A DNA stretch of 64,000 nucleotides from assembly GCA_023255625.1 (NCBI GenBank), contig JAHFLF010000001.1, forward strand, positions 30,255 to 94,254. The letters are read 5' to 3'. The position numbers and the translations under genes are program-made. The notes under the pieces were generated by a model. The model had not been told where the DNA came from, ran no database searches, and saw nothing but the letters and a program-made list of their open reading frames with translations. This document shows, piece by piece, positions 45,703-55,291 of this stretch (its first letter is position 1; each line of letters starts with the position of its first letter). This DNA comes from Candidatus Harrisonbacteria bacterium (lineage in GTDB: Bacteria > Patescibacteriota > Minisyncoccia > UBA6257 > 1-14-0-10-44-23).

Positions 45703-45732
45703 ATTATAGCACACTTTATGCTATTTTGTCAA
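45703..45732 (-). promoter_or_regulatory. Consensus sigma70-type promoter TTGACA-N18-TATAAT driving the high-GC ORF 45002..45697 (leaderless or very short leader)
   Basis: On the minus strand, ttgacaaaatagcataaagtgtgctataat ends ~6 nt before the ATG. Confidence 0.55.
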
Positions 45733-45806
45733 ATGACTGCAAAAAGCCGCGCGCATATTGCAAAAAATCGACAGAAATGTAGACTTTACTATGGAACAAT
45801 AATCTC

Positions 45807-46682
45807 ATGCTCACGCCGCAAAAACGCTGGCCAACCTTTGCCGGATTTTTAATCCGGACTATGCATTTTGTTTTAACGATCTGGCGAAAGTGGCGTATTC
45901 TAACTCGTCCCAATTCCCAAACTAGATACCGCGATATCGTCGGCGAGGCAGGAGGAGAAAATTCAATTTTCCACGACGAGCTTCTTCTGGAAGCATTAAC
46001 TCGCGCCGCTTCGTCTCCGGATACGATCCATATAATTAATAAAATACGCGAAATTCTGACAAATACGACAAACCAACTAGCCCGCACAAATTTACCGCTG
46101 ACCATGCTAGTCATTGGTATCGGCTCCGGTAATATGATTCGGATGTTAGCTCGGGAATTCCCGGGCATTTTTATTACCGCCACTGATATCGCCCCTGAAC
46201 CAACGCAAAAATTAAAACATAATCCGGGCGGGTTGAATGTTCTTGTGAATCCGGAAACCACAACTCAAAAATTACAAGCAAAATCATTTTCCATGATCGT
46301 GCTGCCAGCCGGCATTGCCCGCTATCTGAATGATGCCGAGCGATCCGATCTAGTAACCGAGATTCAACGCTTACTGCGACCGGATGGAATTTTTCTTCTA
46401 TCAGAGTTTGCCCATGTGTCGGAATTTTCTAATATGGTTCAAGTTCTTGAAAAAAATAACTTCATCTGCAAAATCTCCAAAAAACATATTCATGGCGTCT
46501 TTCGAAATTCGCTCTATTACCTAACCTGGCATCTTTACTCTCGCTTTTCACTCTGGCGTTTGACAACATGCTGGCTGGCCAAAAAAGAAAAGGTTGATTC
46601 GTTAGATATTTTGATTCGTACTGCCGGTTACCGTTCGGGTAACTTTTACAGTGTAGCAGCGACATATCCGGCTAAGGCCTGA
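45807..46682 (+). CDS. class I SAM-dependent methyltransferase
   Basis: Motif I VIGIGSGNM and post-I LRPDGIFLLSEF. Confidence 0.6.
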   Translation: MLTPQKRWPTFAGFLIRTMHFVLTIWRKWRILTRPNSQTRYRDIVGEAGGENSIFHDELLLEALTRAASSPDTIHIINKIREILTNTTNQLARTNLPLTMLVIGIGSGNMIRMLAREFPGIFITATDIAPEPTQKLKHNPGGLNVLVNPETTTQKLQAKSFSMIVLPAGIARYLNDAERSDLVTEIQRLLRPDGIFLLSEFAHVSEFSNMVQVLEKNNFICKISKKHIHGVFRNSLYYLTWHLYSRFSLWRLTTCWLAKKEKVDSLDILIRTAGYRSGNFYSVAATYPAKA

Positions 46683-46749
46683 AAATATTCCGGGCGGCCT
46701 ACTGGCCGCCCGGAAATTGATCTTCTCTCTTACTATCTATTTTCTTTTT

Positions 46750-46790
46750 CTTACCAACTAACCAACAACTAGCTAACCACCTAACTCTTC
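46750..46790 (+). repeat. CCAACTAACCAACAACTAGCTAACCACCTAAC copy overlapping the 3' end of secF
   Basis: Read from the sequence. Confidence 0.4.
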
Positions 46791-47701
46791 CTCTTGCCCG
46801 CCTGCCACACCACCAAGAGCGGCGATGCCACAAAAATTGACGAATATGTGCCGGCCATAACACCAACTAAAATTGTCAAAATAAACCACTGCAATGTTAG
46901 CGCACCAAGCAAATACATCGTTACCAGTACAATGATTAAAGTCAGCGAGGTGTTCACGGAACGAGCAAAAGTTTCGTTGATTGAACGGTTGACCAGTGCG
47001 CCGAATTCCTCCTTACCATTACTAATCCGAAGATTTTCGCGGATGCGATCGAAGACGACAATCGTATCGTGCACAGAAAATCCAACCACAACTAGAATAG
47101 CAACAATAAAATTTATATCTATCTCCACGCCCCTGAAATATCCTAAAAATGAAAATAGGCCAACCGGAATAATCGCATCGTGAAACAGGGTGATGAGTGT
47201 TATGAGCGCGTACTTCCAGGAGGAAACCGGCTGGCTAACCTTTCGGAAAGCATAGGCAACATACAGCGCTATTGCCAGCAAAGTGATAGCGAAAGCCCAG
47301 AGACCCTTCCTGGTGAGCTCAGCACCAATTGTCGCGCCAATCGACTCAAAGGAAAGATCCGAAAAAGCACCAAACTTTGCAGATAACTGCTTAGTAAACT
47401 CCTGATGCTGAACTTCAGTTAGCTCCTTCATCTTAATGATGTACGAGCCAGTTCCCTCCTGTTCAGTTACTGCCGCATCAGTAACGCCCTTATCTTTCAA
47501 AAAATCAAGGATGCCGGAACGAGTTGGAGCGACAAAGGCGGCGGTACTGGTTGCCACTGGAGAAAATTGAATCTGCCAAAGCGTCCCACCGGTATAATCA
47601 ACGCCACGCTGTAAACCAAAAACGAATAAACCATAAATACTCGCGATAACCAGAAGCGATGAGAAACCTAGAAAAATCCATTTATTTTTGATGATATTCA
47701 T
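46781..47701 (-). CDS. secF: protein translocase subunit SecF
   Basis: 306 aa with 6 TM and a SecF-like periplasmic loop, adjacent to secD. Confidence 0.8.
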   Translation of the reverse strand: MNIIKNKWIFLGFSSLLVIASIYGLFVFGLQRGVDYTGGTLWQIQFSPVATSTAAFVAPTRSGILDFLKDKGVTDAAVTEQEGTGSYIIKMKELTEVQHQEFTKQLSAKFGAFSDLSFESIGATIGAELTRKGLWAFAITLLAIALYVAYAFRKVSQPVSSWKYALITLITLFHDAIIPVGLFSFLGYFRGVEIDINFIVAILVVVGFSVHDTIVVFDRIRENLRISNGKEEFGALVNRSINETFARSVNTSLTLIIVLVTMYLLGALTLQWFILTILVGVMAGTYSSIFVASPLLVVWQAGKRKS

Positions 47702-47805
47702 AAAGAGTAATTTTTAATTTCTAATTTTCAATTTTCAAACAATGATTTAATTTCGAAATTTCTAAATTGAAAATTGTTTAGAAATTAGAAATTGAGAATT
47801 AGAAA
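47702..47805. repeat. AT-rich palindromic intergenic repeat (secD-secF spacer)
   Basis: aatttctaattttcaattttcaaacaat ... attgtttagaaattagaaattgagaattagaaatt; homologous to 54545..54642. Confidence 0.65.
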
Positions 47806-49092
47806 TTATTTTGCAACTTTTTTCTCGTGCACAAAAATCTCCAGCAATGTGCGCGTAACGGTAATCGCTGTAAACATTGAAACGATGACTCCGAGAAGCA
47901 GCGAAAGTGCGAAGCCACGAATAAAACTCGAAGTGAAGCTGTACAGCACAAGCGAGGTAATCATCGTGGTTATGTTGCTGTCGCGGATGCTTGGCCAGGC
48001 GCGGCGGAATCCTTCGATAATCGCCGTGGTCTTGTTAACCCCCTTCTTCATCTCTTCACGGCTGCGTTCAAAAATTAGAATGTTCGCGTCAACCGCCATG
48101 CCGATAGACAAAATAATTCCGGCGATACCGGCCAAGGTCATCGTGATGCCAAACAATTTAAAGATGCCGAGTAGAAGCAGTGTGTAGATGACTAGCGCGA
48201 TCGCAGCAAAGAAACCCAGCCAATGGTAATAGATGATCATGAAAAGAATCACAATCAAGGCGCCAATCAGACCGGCAAAAAGCGTGCGCTGCAAACTGTC
48301 TGCGCCGAGCGTTGCGCCAATCGTCTGTTGGCTTAGGAGCTTGAGCGGAGCGGCTAGGGCGCCATCCTTAAAACGATTGACTAAAGTGCGCGCCTCCTCC
48401 AATGTGAACTGCCCCGTAATCTGTGCGCGGCCGCCGCTGATGCGCTCGTTCACTGTCGGCGCGGTTAAAAGTTCATTGTCCACAAAAACACCCAGCCGTT
48501 TACCGACATTGGCTGCGGTTAAATCCTCAAAAAGTTTCGCGCCCTCGCTGTCAAACTCTAGAAAAATTTCCGGACGATTTGAAACACTGTTAAAATTTAA
48601 CGAGGCGCTCTTCACATAACGGCCGGTCAAGCTGGTCGGCACGAAAGCCGGCTGATCAGATTGTAATTCAATCTCCTTGCCATCTGCGGTAGTTGCTTTA
48701 ACCGGCTGCTTGGTCGTCCCCTCCTGTGAAAAAACTAAAAACGGCGTCTGGCCAATTTGCGCGATGGCCTCGCTGGTATCTTTAATACCGGCGATATCCA
48801 CAATCAAACGATATGAATCCCCCTGCTTGGCGGTCAATACCTGCGGCTCGCGTACGCCGCTAGAATTCACGCGCGCTTCAATGCGTCCGCGGATTCCGTC
48901 TAAAACCGACGCCCGATCTGAATCAACCACATTGCTCATGTCAATTTCATAGACCAGGTGGCTGCCACCGACTAAATCCAGGCCAAGCCGCCATGGCCGG
49001 GTACTACCCCAAAAATCAGGGTGAATAAAAAAAGCCGAAAGCACGGAGCCGACTACCACGAGACCGATTAGTAAGAGAGATCCTTTGCGCAT
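47806..49092 (-). CDS. secD: protein translocase subunit SecD
   Basis: 428 aa with SecD TM core LGATLGADSLQ...GIAGIILSIGMAVDANILIFERSREE. Confidence 0.8.
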   Translation of the reverse strand: MRKGSLLLIGLVVVGSVLSAFFIHPDFWGSTRPWRLGLDLVGGSHLVYEIDMSNVVDSDRASVLDGIRGRIEARVNSSGVREPQVLTAKQGDSYRLIVDIAGIKDTSEAIAQIGQTPFLVFSQEGTTKQPVKATTADGKEIELQSDQPAFVPTSLTGRYVKSASLNFNSVSNRPEIFLEFDSEGAKLFEDLTAANVGKRLGVFVDNELLTAPTVNERISGGRAQITGQFTLEEARTLVNRFKDGALAAPLKLLSQQTIGATLGADSLQRTLFAGLIGALIVILFMIIYYHWLGFFAAIALVIYTLLLLGIFKLFGITMTLAGIAGIILSIGMAVDANILIFERSREEMKKGVNKTTAIIEGFRRAWPSIRDSNITTMITSLVLYSFTSSFIRGFALSLLLGVIVSMFTAITVTRTLLEIFVHEKKVAK

Positions 49093-49191
49093 AGAGCTAC
49101 GAATTACGAATTTATTACGAAAGTACGAATGAAATACAATAGAAAGGAGTGTAATGGAAAAAAAACTTTAAGGCAAGTTCTTGTGTGCTTT

Positions 49192-49265
49192 TGGTGCCCC
49201 CAGATGGAATCGAACCATCATCAGCGGATTAAAAGTCCGTTGCTCTACCACTGAGCTATAGGGGC
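49192..49265 (-). tRNA. tRNA-Lys (anticodon UUU)
   Basis: Minus-strand sequence GCCCCTATAGCTCAGTGGTAGAGCAACGGACTTTTAATCCGCTGATGATGGTTCGATTCCATCTGGGGGCACCA. 7-bp acceptor stem, D-loop AGCTCAGTGGTAGAGC, anticodon loop CTTTTAA, T-loop GGTTCGATTCC, encoded CCA. Confidence 0.85.
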
Positions 49266-49344
49266 ATCAAAAGCACGCAATTATTTGCACCCGCTATAAC
49301 AATGCATAGGATTGTACACAAAAAAGCGTAATGCGTAAAGTTCG

Positions 49345-49372
49345 TTTGACTTTTTAAACAAAAATGCTATCT
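49345..49372 (+). promoter_or_regulatory. Promoter-like TTGACT-N16-TATCTT upstream of the high-GC ORF 49392..50045
   Basis: Read from the sequence; AT-rich host-like context. Confidence 0.4.
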
Positions 49373-49391
49373 TCTAACTCGCGGTGAGCTG

Positions 49392-50045
49392 ATGACTTTC
49401 GGCACAACGCCGGAGGATCAGCTTACCCGAGACAGAGGAGATTGCGAGATGAGAATTCTTCGACAGTTCCCGCCGTTCCTGGAGCCCGGCTCACACGGAG
49501 CGGCTGTGCGCGACATGCAGATCGCGCTCAAGGCCTTCGTGGCTTCGTGGGCGACCGGAGAAGAAGTGGCGGCTCCGGTCATCCCCGACGGCGACTTCAC
49601 GATCGACGGCAAGACCGTGCGTCTGGTCGCCTGGGTCCAGACCATGAAGCTGGAGGTCGAGGGTGACGCAAAGCTCGGGCAGAATTCCCGAGCAAGCTGG
49701 CGAACGAAGTTCCGCGCCACCGTGGACTTCGACACCCTCCCCTACACGGGCCCCACGACCTGGGTGCACGACGGGGTCACGCGGGAGTGGACGGGATGGG
49801 ACGCGGACGATCCGCGCCATCTCTGCAGTTCGTGCAGCGGACGCCGCGACGAACACGACGCTGGGCGGGGCTGCGCCTCGTTCGTGGACAGCGAGGGCGA
49901 GGGCAAACCTGCTCCGGAGGTGCCCGAGCGTGTCTCGCATGCCGCGCCGCCGCTCTCCGGGCCGGACATCCCGGCCTCCGCGGTGTCTGTGGGCGGCTTC
50001 TCCGAGGCGGCCGTGCACGAGATGGGTGACACTCGCCGGATGTGA
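49392..50045 (+). CDS. hypothetical protein in a high-GC (>65%) island
   Basis: Strong GC3 bias in this frame. An AT-rich host-like promoter (TTGACT-N16-TATCTT) lies immediately upstream. Confidence 0.45.
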   Translation: MTFGTTPEDQLTRDRGDCEMRILRQFPPFLEPGSHGAAVRDMQIALKAFVASWATGEEVAAPVIPDGDFTIDGKTVRLVAWVQTMKLEVEGDAKLGQNSRASWRTKFRATVDFDTLPYTGPTTWVHDGVTREWTGWDADDPRHLCSSCSGRRDEHDAGRGCASFVDSEGEGKPAPEVPERVSHAAPPLSGPDIPASAVSVGGFSEAAVHEMGDTRRM

Positions 50046-50109
50046 CGGCGGCTGACCGGGCAGTTCCCGGACGACTGCGCCGCGCGACCTCCGGGTCGCG
50101 CGGCGCTCA

Positions 50110-50260
50110 ACATTTTCTATAAAAATGTAACCTGTAAATTTCTCCGCAGAGCGGCACCGGCTATCTCTTTCTGCTGAAAAAGCGCCTGCTCTCGGCCTCT
50201 TCGGCCTGCGAGAGTGCCGCCTAGCGGAGAAATTTACAGGTTACATTTTTATATTACCCT
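50110..50260. repeat. Nested palindromic element, copy 2 (30-bp perfect outer arms tataaaaatgtaacctgtaaatttctccgc / gcggagaaatttacaggttacatttttata; same conserved core as copy 1) bounding high-GC island 2
   Basis: Read from the sequence. The inner stem shows a compensatory change (GCCC..GGGC in copy 1 against GGCC..GGCC here). Confidence 0.6.
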
Positions 50261-50426
50261 ACACCCACACAGAATTTTTATTTGAAATGGCGGGTTCGCA
50301 GCAGGATGTGCTGCTAGCGGCGGCTCTCGGACGGCGACGGCCGGAGAGCGCAGGGCAATTTTTTAGCAAAAAAATATGCCCGACGCCGTCTGCAGCACAT
50401 CCTGCTGCAAACAGCGGAAAATACAA

Positions 50427-51539
50427 CTAACTTACCTCACCGCCAAACTCTTCAAGAACTTTTTTCAACTTCCCGCTTACCTTCTTCGGCGCCCTTACCT
50501 CAAATTCAATAAACAAATCGCCGCGTCCATGTCCGCCAAACTTTGGCATGCCTTTGCCACTCACCCGTAGCCGCTCATTAAAACTAAAGCCGCCAGGAAT
50601 CTCAACCTCGGTTGCGCCGCCGGAAATAACCGGAATGCTAATTTTTTTGCCGACCAAAATATCAATCACGCCAATTTCTTTTTTGACCAGTAAATCGCTT
50701 TCAACTCGTTCAAAAACTTTATGCGGCAAAACTCGCACTTGCACATATAAATCCCCGCTCTTTGCGCCACTCTCGCCCGCCTCGCCGCCGCCGGCAACCT
50801 TAATTAATTGCCCGTCAGAGACGCCAGGGAAAATTTCAATCGTAAGCGTGCGGGTCGCTCCTACGCGCCCGACACCCTTACACTGTGCACAAATTATGTT
50901 CGGAATTTCACCGCGCCCGGCACACTTGGTACATTGCTTGGACTGGGCAAAGGTACCAAAGACCGTCCGCCGTGATTCGCGCACCTCGCCGGCACCTTTA
51001 CAGACATCGCACTGCTTAACTCCGGCCTGCTTATCATAACCAAGACCGGTACAGCTCTCACAAACATTAAAAGTTTTAAACTTTAATTCTTTAGCAGCGC
51101 CGGCATACGCCTCCTCTAAAGTAATCTCCTGGTTAATCTGCAAGTCACTGCCAGAACGGTCGCGGCCCCGTTGCCGCCCGGCAGAACCCCGACGGCCGCC
51201 CCCGAAGAAAGTTTCGAAAATATCCCCCATGTCGCCAAGGTCTTCAAAATTAATCCCGCCGGCATCAAACCCAAATCCGCCGAAAGGATTGCCGCCGGAA
51301 AAACCGGACTGCCCGCCACCACCCGGCCCGGCTCCGGAGAAATTTTTGCCAAAGCGATCGTACTGCGCGCGCTTTTCCGCATTGCCGAGCACCTGATAGG
51401 CCTCGTTGATTTCTTTAAATTTTTTCTCATCGCCGCCACCCTTATCCGGATGGTGCTGATGCGCCAGTTTGCGATAGGCCTTTTTTATCTCCTCCTCACT
51501 GGAATTTTTGTTAACGCCAAGTAGTTCGTAGTAATCCAT
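50427..51539 (-). CDS. dnaJ: chaperone DnaJ
   Basis: J domain DYYELLGV...HPDK, a G/F region, and four CxxCxGxG repeats. Confidence 0.9.
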   Translation of the reverse strand: MDYYELLGVNKNSSEEEIKKAYRKLAHQHHPDKGGGDEKKFKEINEAYQVLGNAEKRAQYDRFGKNFSGAGPGGGGQSGFSGGNPFGGFGFDAGGINFEDLGDMGDIFETFFGGGRRGSAGRQRGRDRSGSDLQINQEITLEEAYAGAAKELKFKTFNVCESCTGLGYDKQAGVKQCDVCKGAGEVRESRRTVFGTFAQSKQCTKCAGRGEIPNIICAQCKGVGRVGATRTLTIEIFPGVSDGQLIKVAGGGEAGESGAKSGDLYVQVRVLPHKVFERVESDLLVKKEIGVIDILVGKKISIPVISGGATEVEIPGGFSFNERLRVSGKGMPKFGGHGRGDLFIEFEVRAPKKVSGKLKKVLEEFGGEVS

Positions 51540-51599
51540 AGGAGTCTGATATTAGTATAACAATCACGCTAAAGCAACTAAAAAAAGCCGCTGGCTAAT

Positions 51600-52619
51600 T
51601 TACCGAGCGGCAATAACCTCTCTCTGACATGGTTCAGAGTCAATACGAATTATACCGATCGCTTTTAACAGCAAATATATTATCTGTGCAATTAAAAGCA
51701 CTGGAATTTTAACAAAAATTAGAAAGCTGCGCACAAAAAGTACGCCGAGCAGTAGGATACCAAAACCAATCAGCGGGCCCAGGTGCAATGCCTGAATGTG
51801 GGCAATCCCCTTTAGCAGCAAACGATAGCAATAGCCGCCGATGGTCTCCTTTGGCAAAAATGGCGTGCTCAATTGATCGCCGGCCTGCACGAGCGCTGCC
51901 TGCGCCATCTGTTTAATCGCCTCATGCCGTTGCGATTCAGATAGTTGCATAATTTCTCCGCTACTAAAATGTTTCTGGACATATTTTTCGAAAATCTCCT
52001 CGGCTGGCATCGATCCGCTTACAGTTACCCCGAGTGAATATGAAAGCGGAGTTTCCAAACCGCGGAAAAGCACCATAAAACCGTTTTCCGTAATACCGCC
52101 CGCGTGTTGATATAAGCCGACGATCATGACGGCGCAAAAAAGCGTCAGAGCAGTAAAAAATGCAGAATCAAATTTACTGGCATAACCGTGAAACCGAATC
52201 TTAATTGCCTCCTTGAGCGCGGTGTGCGTATGGAGCGATGCACGAATTACTAAAACACAAAAGATAAGAGCGGCGGCGACAAGCCAGGCAGAGATAATAT
52301 TGTAAAAAGAACCGAGTAGCGCTACCGATTCAAGCAAAATCAGTAAGCAGTTCCAGGGGCGGCTAGCGACCAAGACTGCTTGAAAAAGTAGAACAATCGC
52401 CAGAACCACAGCGCTCCCACCAAGCCAAATAGCAGACGCGCCAGCGAATGTTACTGAAAAAAGTTTCGCATTGTAACTAAGCCAAAGAGCCGTGCCGATA
52501 CCTAAAATGCCAAATGCGAAAAGATAGAAATAAATATGGTCAATTCCAGAATGACTATGATCAACTGAAGATTGAACTATTTGACGCTCTTTACGCAGGT
52601 TCAGAAGAGGATTTTCCAT
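51600..52619 (-). CDS. hypothetical membrane protein between dnaK and dnaJ
   Basis: 339 aa, multi-TM; no motif recognised. Confidence 0.5.
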   Translation of the reverse strand: MENPLLNLRKERQIVQSSVDHSHSGIDHIYFYLFAFGILGIGTALWLSYNAKLFSVTFAGASAIWLGGSAVVLAIVLLFQAVLVASRPWNCLLILLESVALLGSFYNIISAWLVAAALIFCVLVIRASLHTHTALKEAIKIRFHGYASKFDSAFFTALTLFCAVMIVGLYQHAGGITENGFMVLFRGLETPLSYSLGVTVSGSMPAEEIFEKYVQKHFSSGEIMQLSESQRHEAIKQMAQAALVQAGDQLSTPFLPKETIGGYCYRLLLKGIAHIQALHLGPLIGFGILLLGVLFVRSFLIFVKIPVLLIAQIIYLLLKAIGIIRIDSEPCQREVIAAR

Positions 52620-52672
52620 GGGCTATGCTTTGTCCAGTAAGTATAACCCATAAATGAATTCCTGACTGCCAG

Positions 52673-54544
52673 CTATTTCTTTTCCTCGGCGGCTGGCCCG
52701 GGCTGTGGCTCACCCGCAGGCGGCTCCTGTCCACCTTTGCCATACATCGCCTGGCCGATTTTTTGCATCTCGGCGGAGAGCTGCTCAACCTCTTTCTTGA
52801 TTCCCTCCGCAGTACCGGTTTCTTTCGCGGTTTTCAAATCAGCAATTCTTTTTGTTACGGCATCCTTAATATCTGCCGGCACTTTATCACCGCCATCTTT
52901 GAGCGCCTTCTCGGCTGTATAAATGAGCTGTTCAGCCATATTCCGACTCTCGACTAATTCTTTTTTCTTCAAATCTTCGGTGCGATTCGCCTCGGCGTCG
53001 CGTTTTAATTTCTCAATTTCTTCTTTTGATAAAGCCGTCGAGGCCTCTATGCGCACCGACTGGCTCTTGCCGCTGGCTTTGTCCTTCGCGCTGACGCTGA
53101 CAATGCCGTTAGCATCAATGTCAAAAGTAACCTCAACCTGCGGCATGCCGCGCGGCGAGGGCGGAATCCCGTCCAAAATAAAACGCGCCAGCGTCTTGTT
53201 GTCGGCCGCCATCTCCCGCTCGCCCTGAAGCACATGAATCTCCACCGAAGTCTGATTGTCAGCCGCGGTTGAAAATACCTGGCTTTTGGTTGTAGGCACG
53301 GTCGTATTCTTTTCAATCAGCTTAGTGGAAACACCGCCAAGAGTCTCAATGCCAAGTGAGAGCGGCGTAACATCGAGCAGCAAAACATCCTTGACATCGC
53401 CCTGCAAAATTCCGGCCTGAACTGCAGCGCCGGCGGCCACTACCTCGTCCGGGTTAATACCCAGATGCGGCTCCTTTCCAAAAAACTTCTTGACCGCTTC
53501 TTGCATCGCTGGCATGCGAGTCTGACCACCAACCAAAATAACTTCATTAATATCGGCTACTGAAAATCCGGAATCCTTCAAAACCTTCTCAACGATTGTA
53601 ATCGAACGCCGAATCTCCTCGCCAACCAGCTCCTCGAGCTTGGCCCGGGTCATCTTCATCAGCAGATGTTTCGGCCCGGAGACGTCCGAAGTAATGTACG
53701 GAATATTAATCTCTGCCTCAATCGAGGTCGATAGTTCGTGCTTCGCCCGCTCGGCGGCCTCCTTCAGCCGCTGCACTGCGAGTGGATCTTTGCTAACATC
53801 AATTCCGTCCTGCTTCTTATATTCAGCTGCAATATATTCCTGAATCTTCTTGTCAAAATCATCGCCGCCCAGGTGCGTGTCTCCGCCCGTGGATTTAACC
53901 TCAACAACATCATCACCAACTTCTAGAACCGAGACATCAAAAGTGCCACCGCCAAAATCATAAACAACTATTTTCTCATTTTTCTTTTTATTAAAGCCGT
54001 AGGCCAGCGCAGCGGCCGTCGGCTCGTTAATGATGCGCTTGACGGTCAGCCCGGCAATCTCTCCGGCATTTTTAGTTGCCTGGCGCTGGCTGTCGTCAAA
54101 GTAGGCCGGCACGGTGATAACCGCTTCAGTAACCGGCTCGCCCAGACGCGCCTCTGCATCTTGTTTGAGTTTGCCGAGCACCATGGCGGAGATCTCCTCC
54201 GGCTTTTTCCAATCCGCGCCAATTTTTACCTCTACTCCGCCGGTTGCCGAACCGCGAATCTCATATGGCAGCCACTTCGCATCTCGAGCCACCTCCGGAT
54301 CGCTAAACTTGCGACCGATCAGGCGCTTCACCGAAAAAATCGTGTTCTTTGGATTTGTCACCGATTGCCGCTTAGCCAAAAGACCGACAACGCGCTCATT
54401 ATTTTTACTCATCGCCACAATTGATGGCGTCGTCCGATTACCTTCAGCATTTTCCAAAATTTTTGGCGCACCGCCCTCCATGACCGCCACCGCCGAGTTA
54501 GTAGTGCCCAAATCTATACCGATTATTTTTGACATAATTTTCAA
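52673..54544 (-). CDS. dnaK: chaperone DnaK (Hsp70)
   Basis: [26 protein letters not shown], and the full Hsp70 architecture. Confidence 0.95.
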   Translation of the reverse strand: MKIMSKIIGIDLGTTNSAVAVMEGGAPKILENAEGNRTTPSIVAMSKNNERVVGLLAKRQSVTNPKNTIFSVKRLIGRKFSDPEVARDAKWLPYEIRGSATGGVEVKIGADWKKPEEISAMVLGKLKQDAEARLGEPVTEAVITVPAYFDDSQRQATKNAGEIAGLTVKRIINEPTAAALAYGFNKKKNEKIVVYDFGGGTFDVSVLEVGDDVVEVKSTGGDTHLGGDDFDKKIQEYIAAEYKKQDGIDVSKDPLAVQRLKEAAERAKHELSTSIEAEINIPYITSDVSGPKHLLMKMTRAKLEELVGEEIRRSITIVEKVLKDSGFSVADINEVILVGGQTRMPAMQEAVKKFFGKEPHLGINPDEVVAAGAAVQAGILQGDVKDVLLLDVTPLSLGIETLGGVSTKLIEKNTTVPTTKSQVFSTAADNQTSVEIHVLQGEREMAADNKTLARFILDGIPPSPRGMPQVEVTFDIDANGIVSVSAKDKASGKSQSVRIEASTALSKEEIEKLKRDAEANRTEDLKKKELVESRNMAEQLIYTAEKALKDGGDKVPADIKDAVTKRIADLKTAKETGTAEGIKKEVEQLSAEMQKIGQAMYGKGGQEPPAGEPQPGPAAEEKK

Positions 54545-54642
54545 TTTTTAATTTCTAATTTTTAAACAATAATTTAATTTCTTAATTTCAAAATTCTAAA
54601 ATTGAAAATTGTTTAGAAATTGAAAATTTGAAATTAGAAATT
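54545..54642. repeat. AT-rich palindromic intergenic repeat (dnaK-grpE spacer), homolog of 47702..47805
   Basis: Shares ttgaaaattgtttagaaatt and the overall hairpin architecture. A half-copy lies at ~12540..12572. Confidence 0.65.
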
Positions 54643-55221
54643 TCATCTCGCCAGCTTCACCTTAGCCGCTCGAATAACTCTTCCATTACTACTATAACCG
54701 GGGACTAACTCTTCTAAAATCTTGCCGGAGAGTTTCTCGCGTTCCGGATCATCCGGAGGAAGCTCCACCTCCAGCATTGCCTCATGAAATTCCGGATTAA
54801 ACCGGTCGCCACGAGCTACTACAATCCGCTCGATGCCTTTCTTGCGTAAGACCTCCTGCAGCTGCCCACTGATCATGAGCATTCCTTTATATTCTTGACT
54901 CTCTTTATCAACCGCATTCATGCCCAGATTAAAACTGTCTAGAACCGGTAAAAGGTCTTTTGCGAAATCAATAGCCGCGTAGCCGGCAAATTGCTCAAGT
55001 CGCTTACTCTCTTCTTTTTTGTAATTAATAAAATCAGCTGCAGCCCGTTTCCAGGAATTTAAATACTCATCGCGCTGCTTCTCGCACTCGGCGAGTTTGC
55101 CCGCCCCTGAATTGGCGGGCAAGTCCGCCGACCCGGCGTCAGGTTTGTTTTTTCCGGTTTCGGCCGGGCCGGCCGAAACCGGCTGATTGTCATTTTGCTT
55201 CGCTTCGTCGCTCATACTCAT
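54643..55221 (-). CDS. grpE: nucleotide exchange factor GrpE
   Basis: 192 aa with DFINYKKE and LLPVLDSF GrpE motifs, upstream of dnaK in the same orientation. Confidence 0.8.
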   Translation of the reverse strand: MSMSDEAKQNDNQPVSAGPAETGKNKPDAGSADLPANSGAGKLAECEKQRDEYLNSWKRAAADFINYKKEESKRLEQFAGYAAIDFAKDLLPVLDSFNLGMNAVDKESQEYKGMLMISGQLQEVLRKKGIERIVVARGDRFNPEFHEAMLEVELPPDDPEREKLSGKILEELVPGYSSNGRVIRAAKVKLAR

Positions 55222-55291
55222 AGTAGTGTAGCTATTTTAATGCATTTTCAGTAGGTGTCAACAATCAATTTATTTGTAGTATACTTATATC

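Noticed and set aside
44797-50260. Integron attC sites or gene cassettes for the palindrome-plus-ORF modules
   Set aside because: The ORFs carry their own promoters. The palindromes lack R''/L''/L'/R' boxes and the GTTRRRY core. There is no intI.
8050-50260. Interpretation of the long perfect palindromes purely as MDA or assembly chimera artefacts
   Set aside because: Four copies share conserved loop and core sequences with different stems and a compensatory change. That is unexpected for random chimeric joins.

The possibility is not fully excluded without read evidence, so it is flagged in the refutation criteria.
55222-55291. CIRCE (HrcA) element upstream of grpE-dnaK-dnaJ
   Set aside because: The inverted repeat TTAGCACTC-N9-GAGTGCTAA is not present. 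No hrcA gene is in the window.
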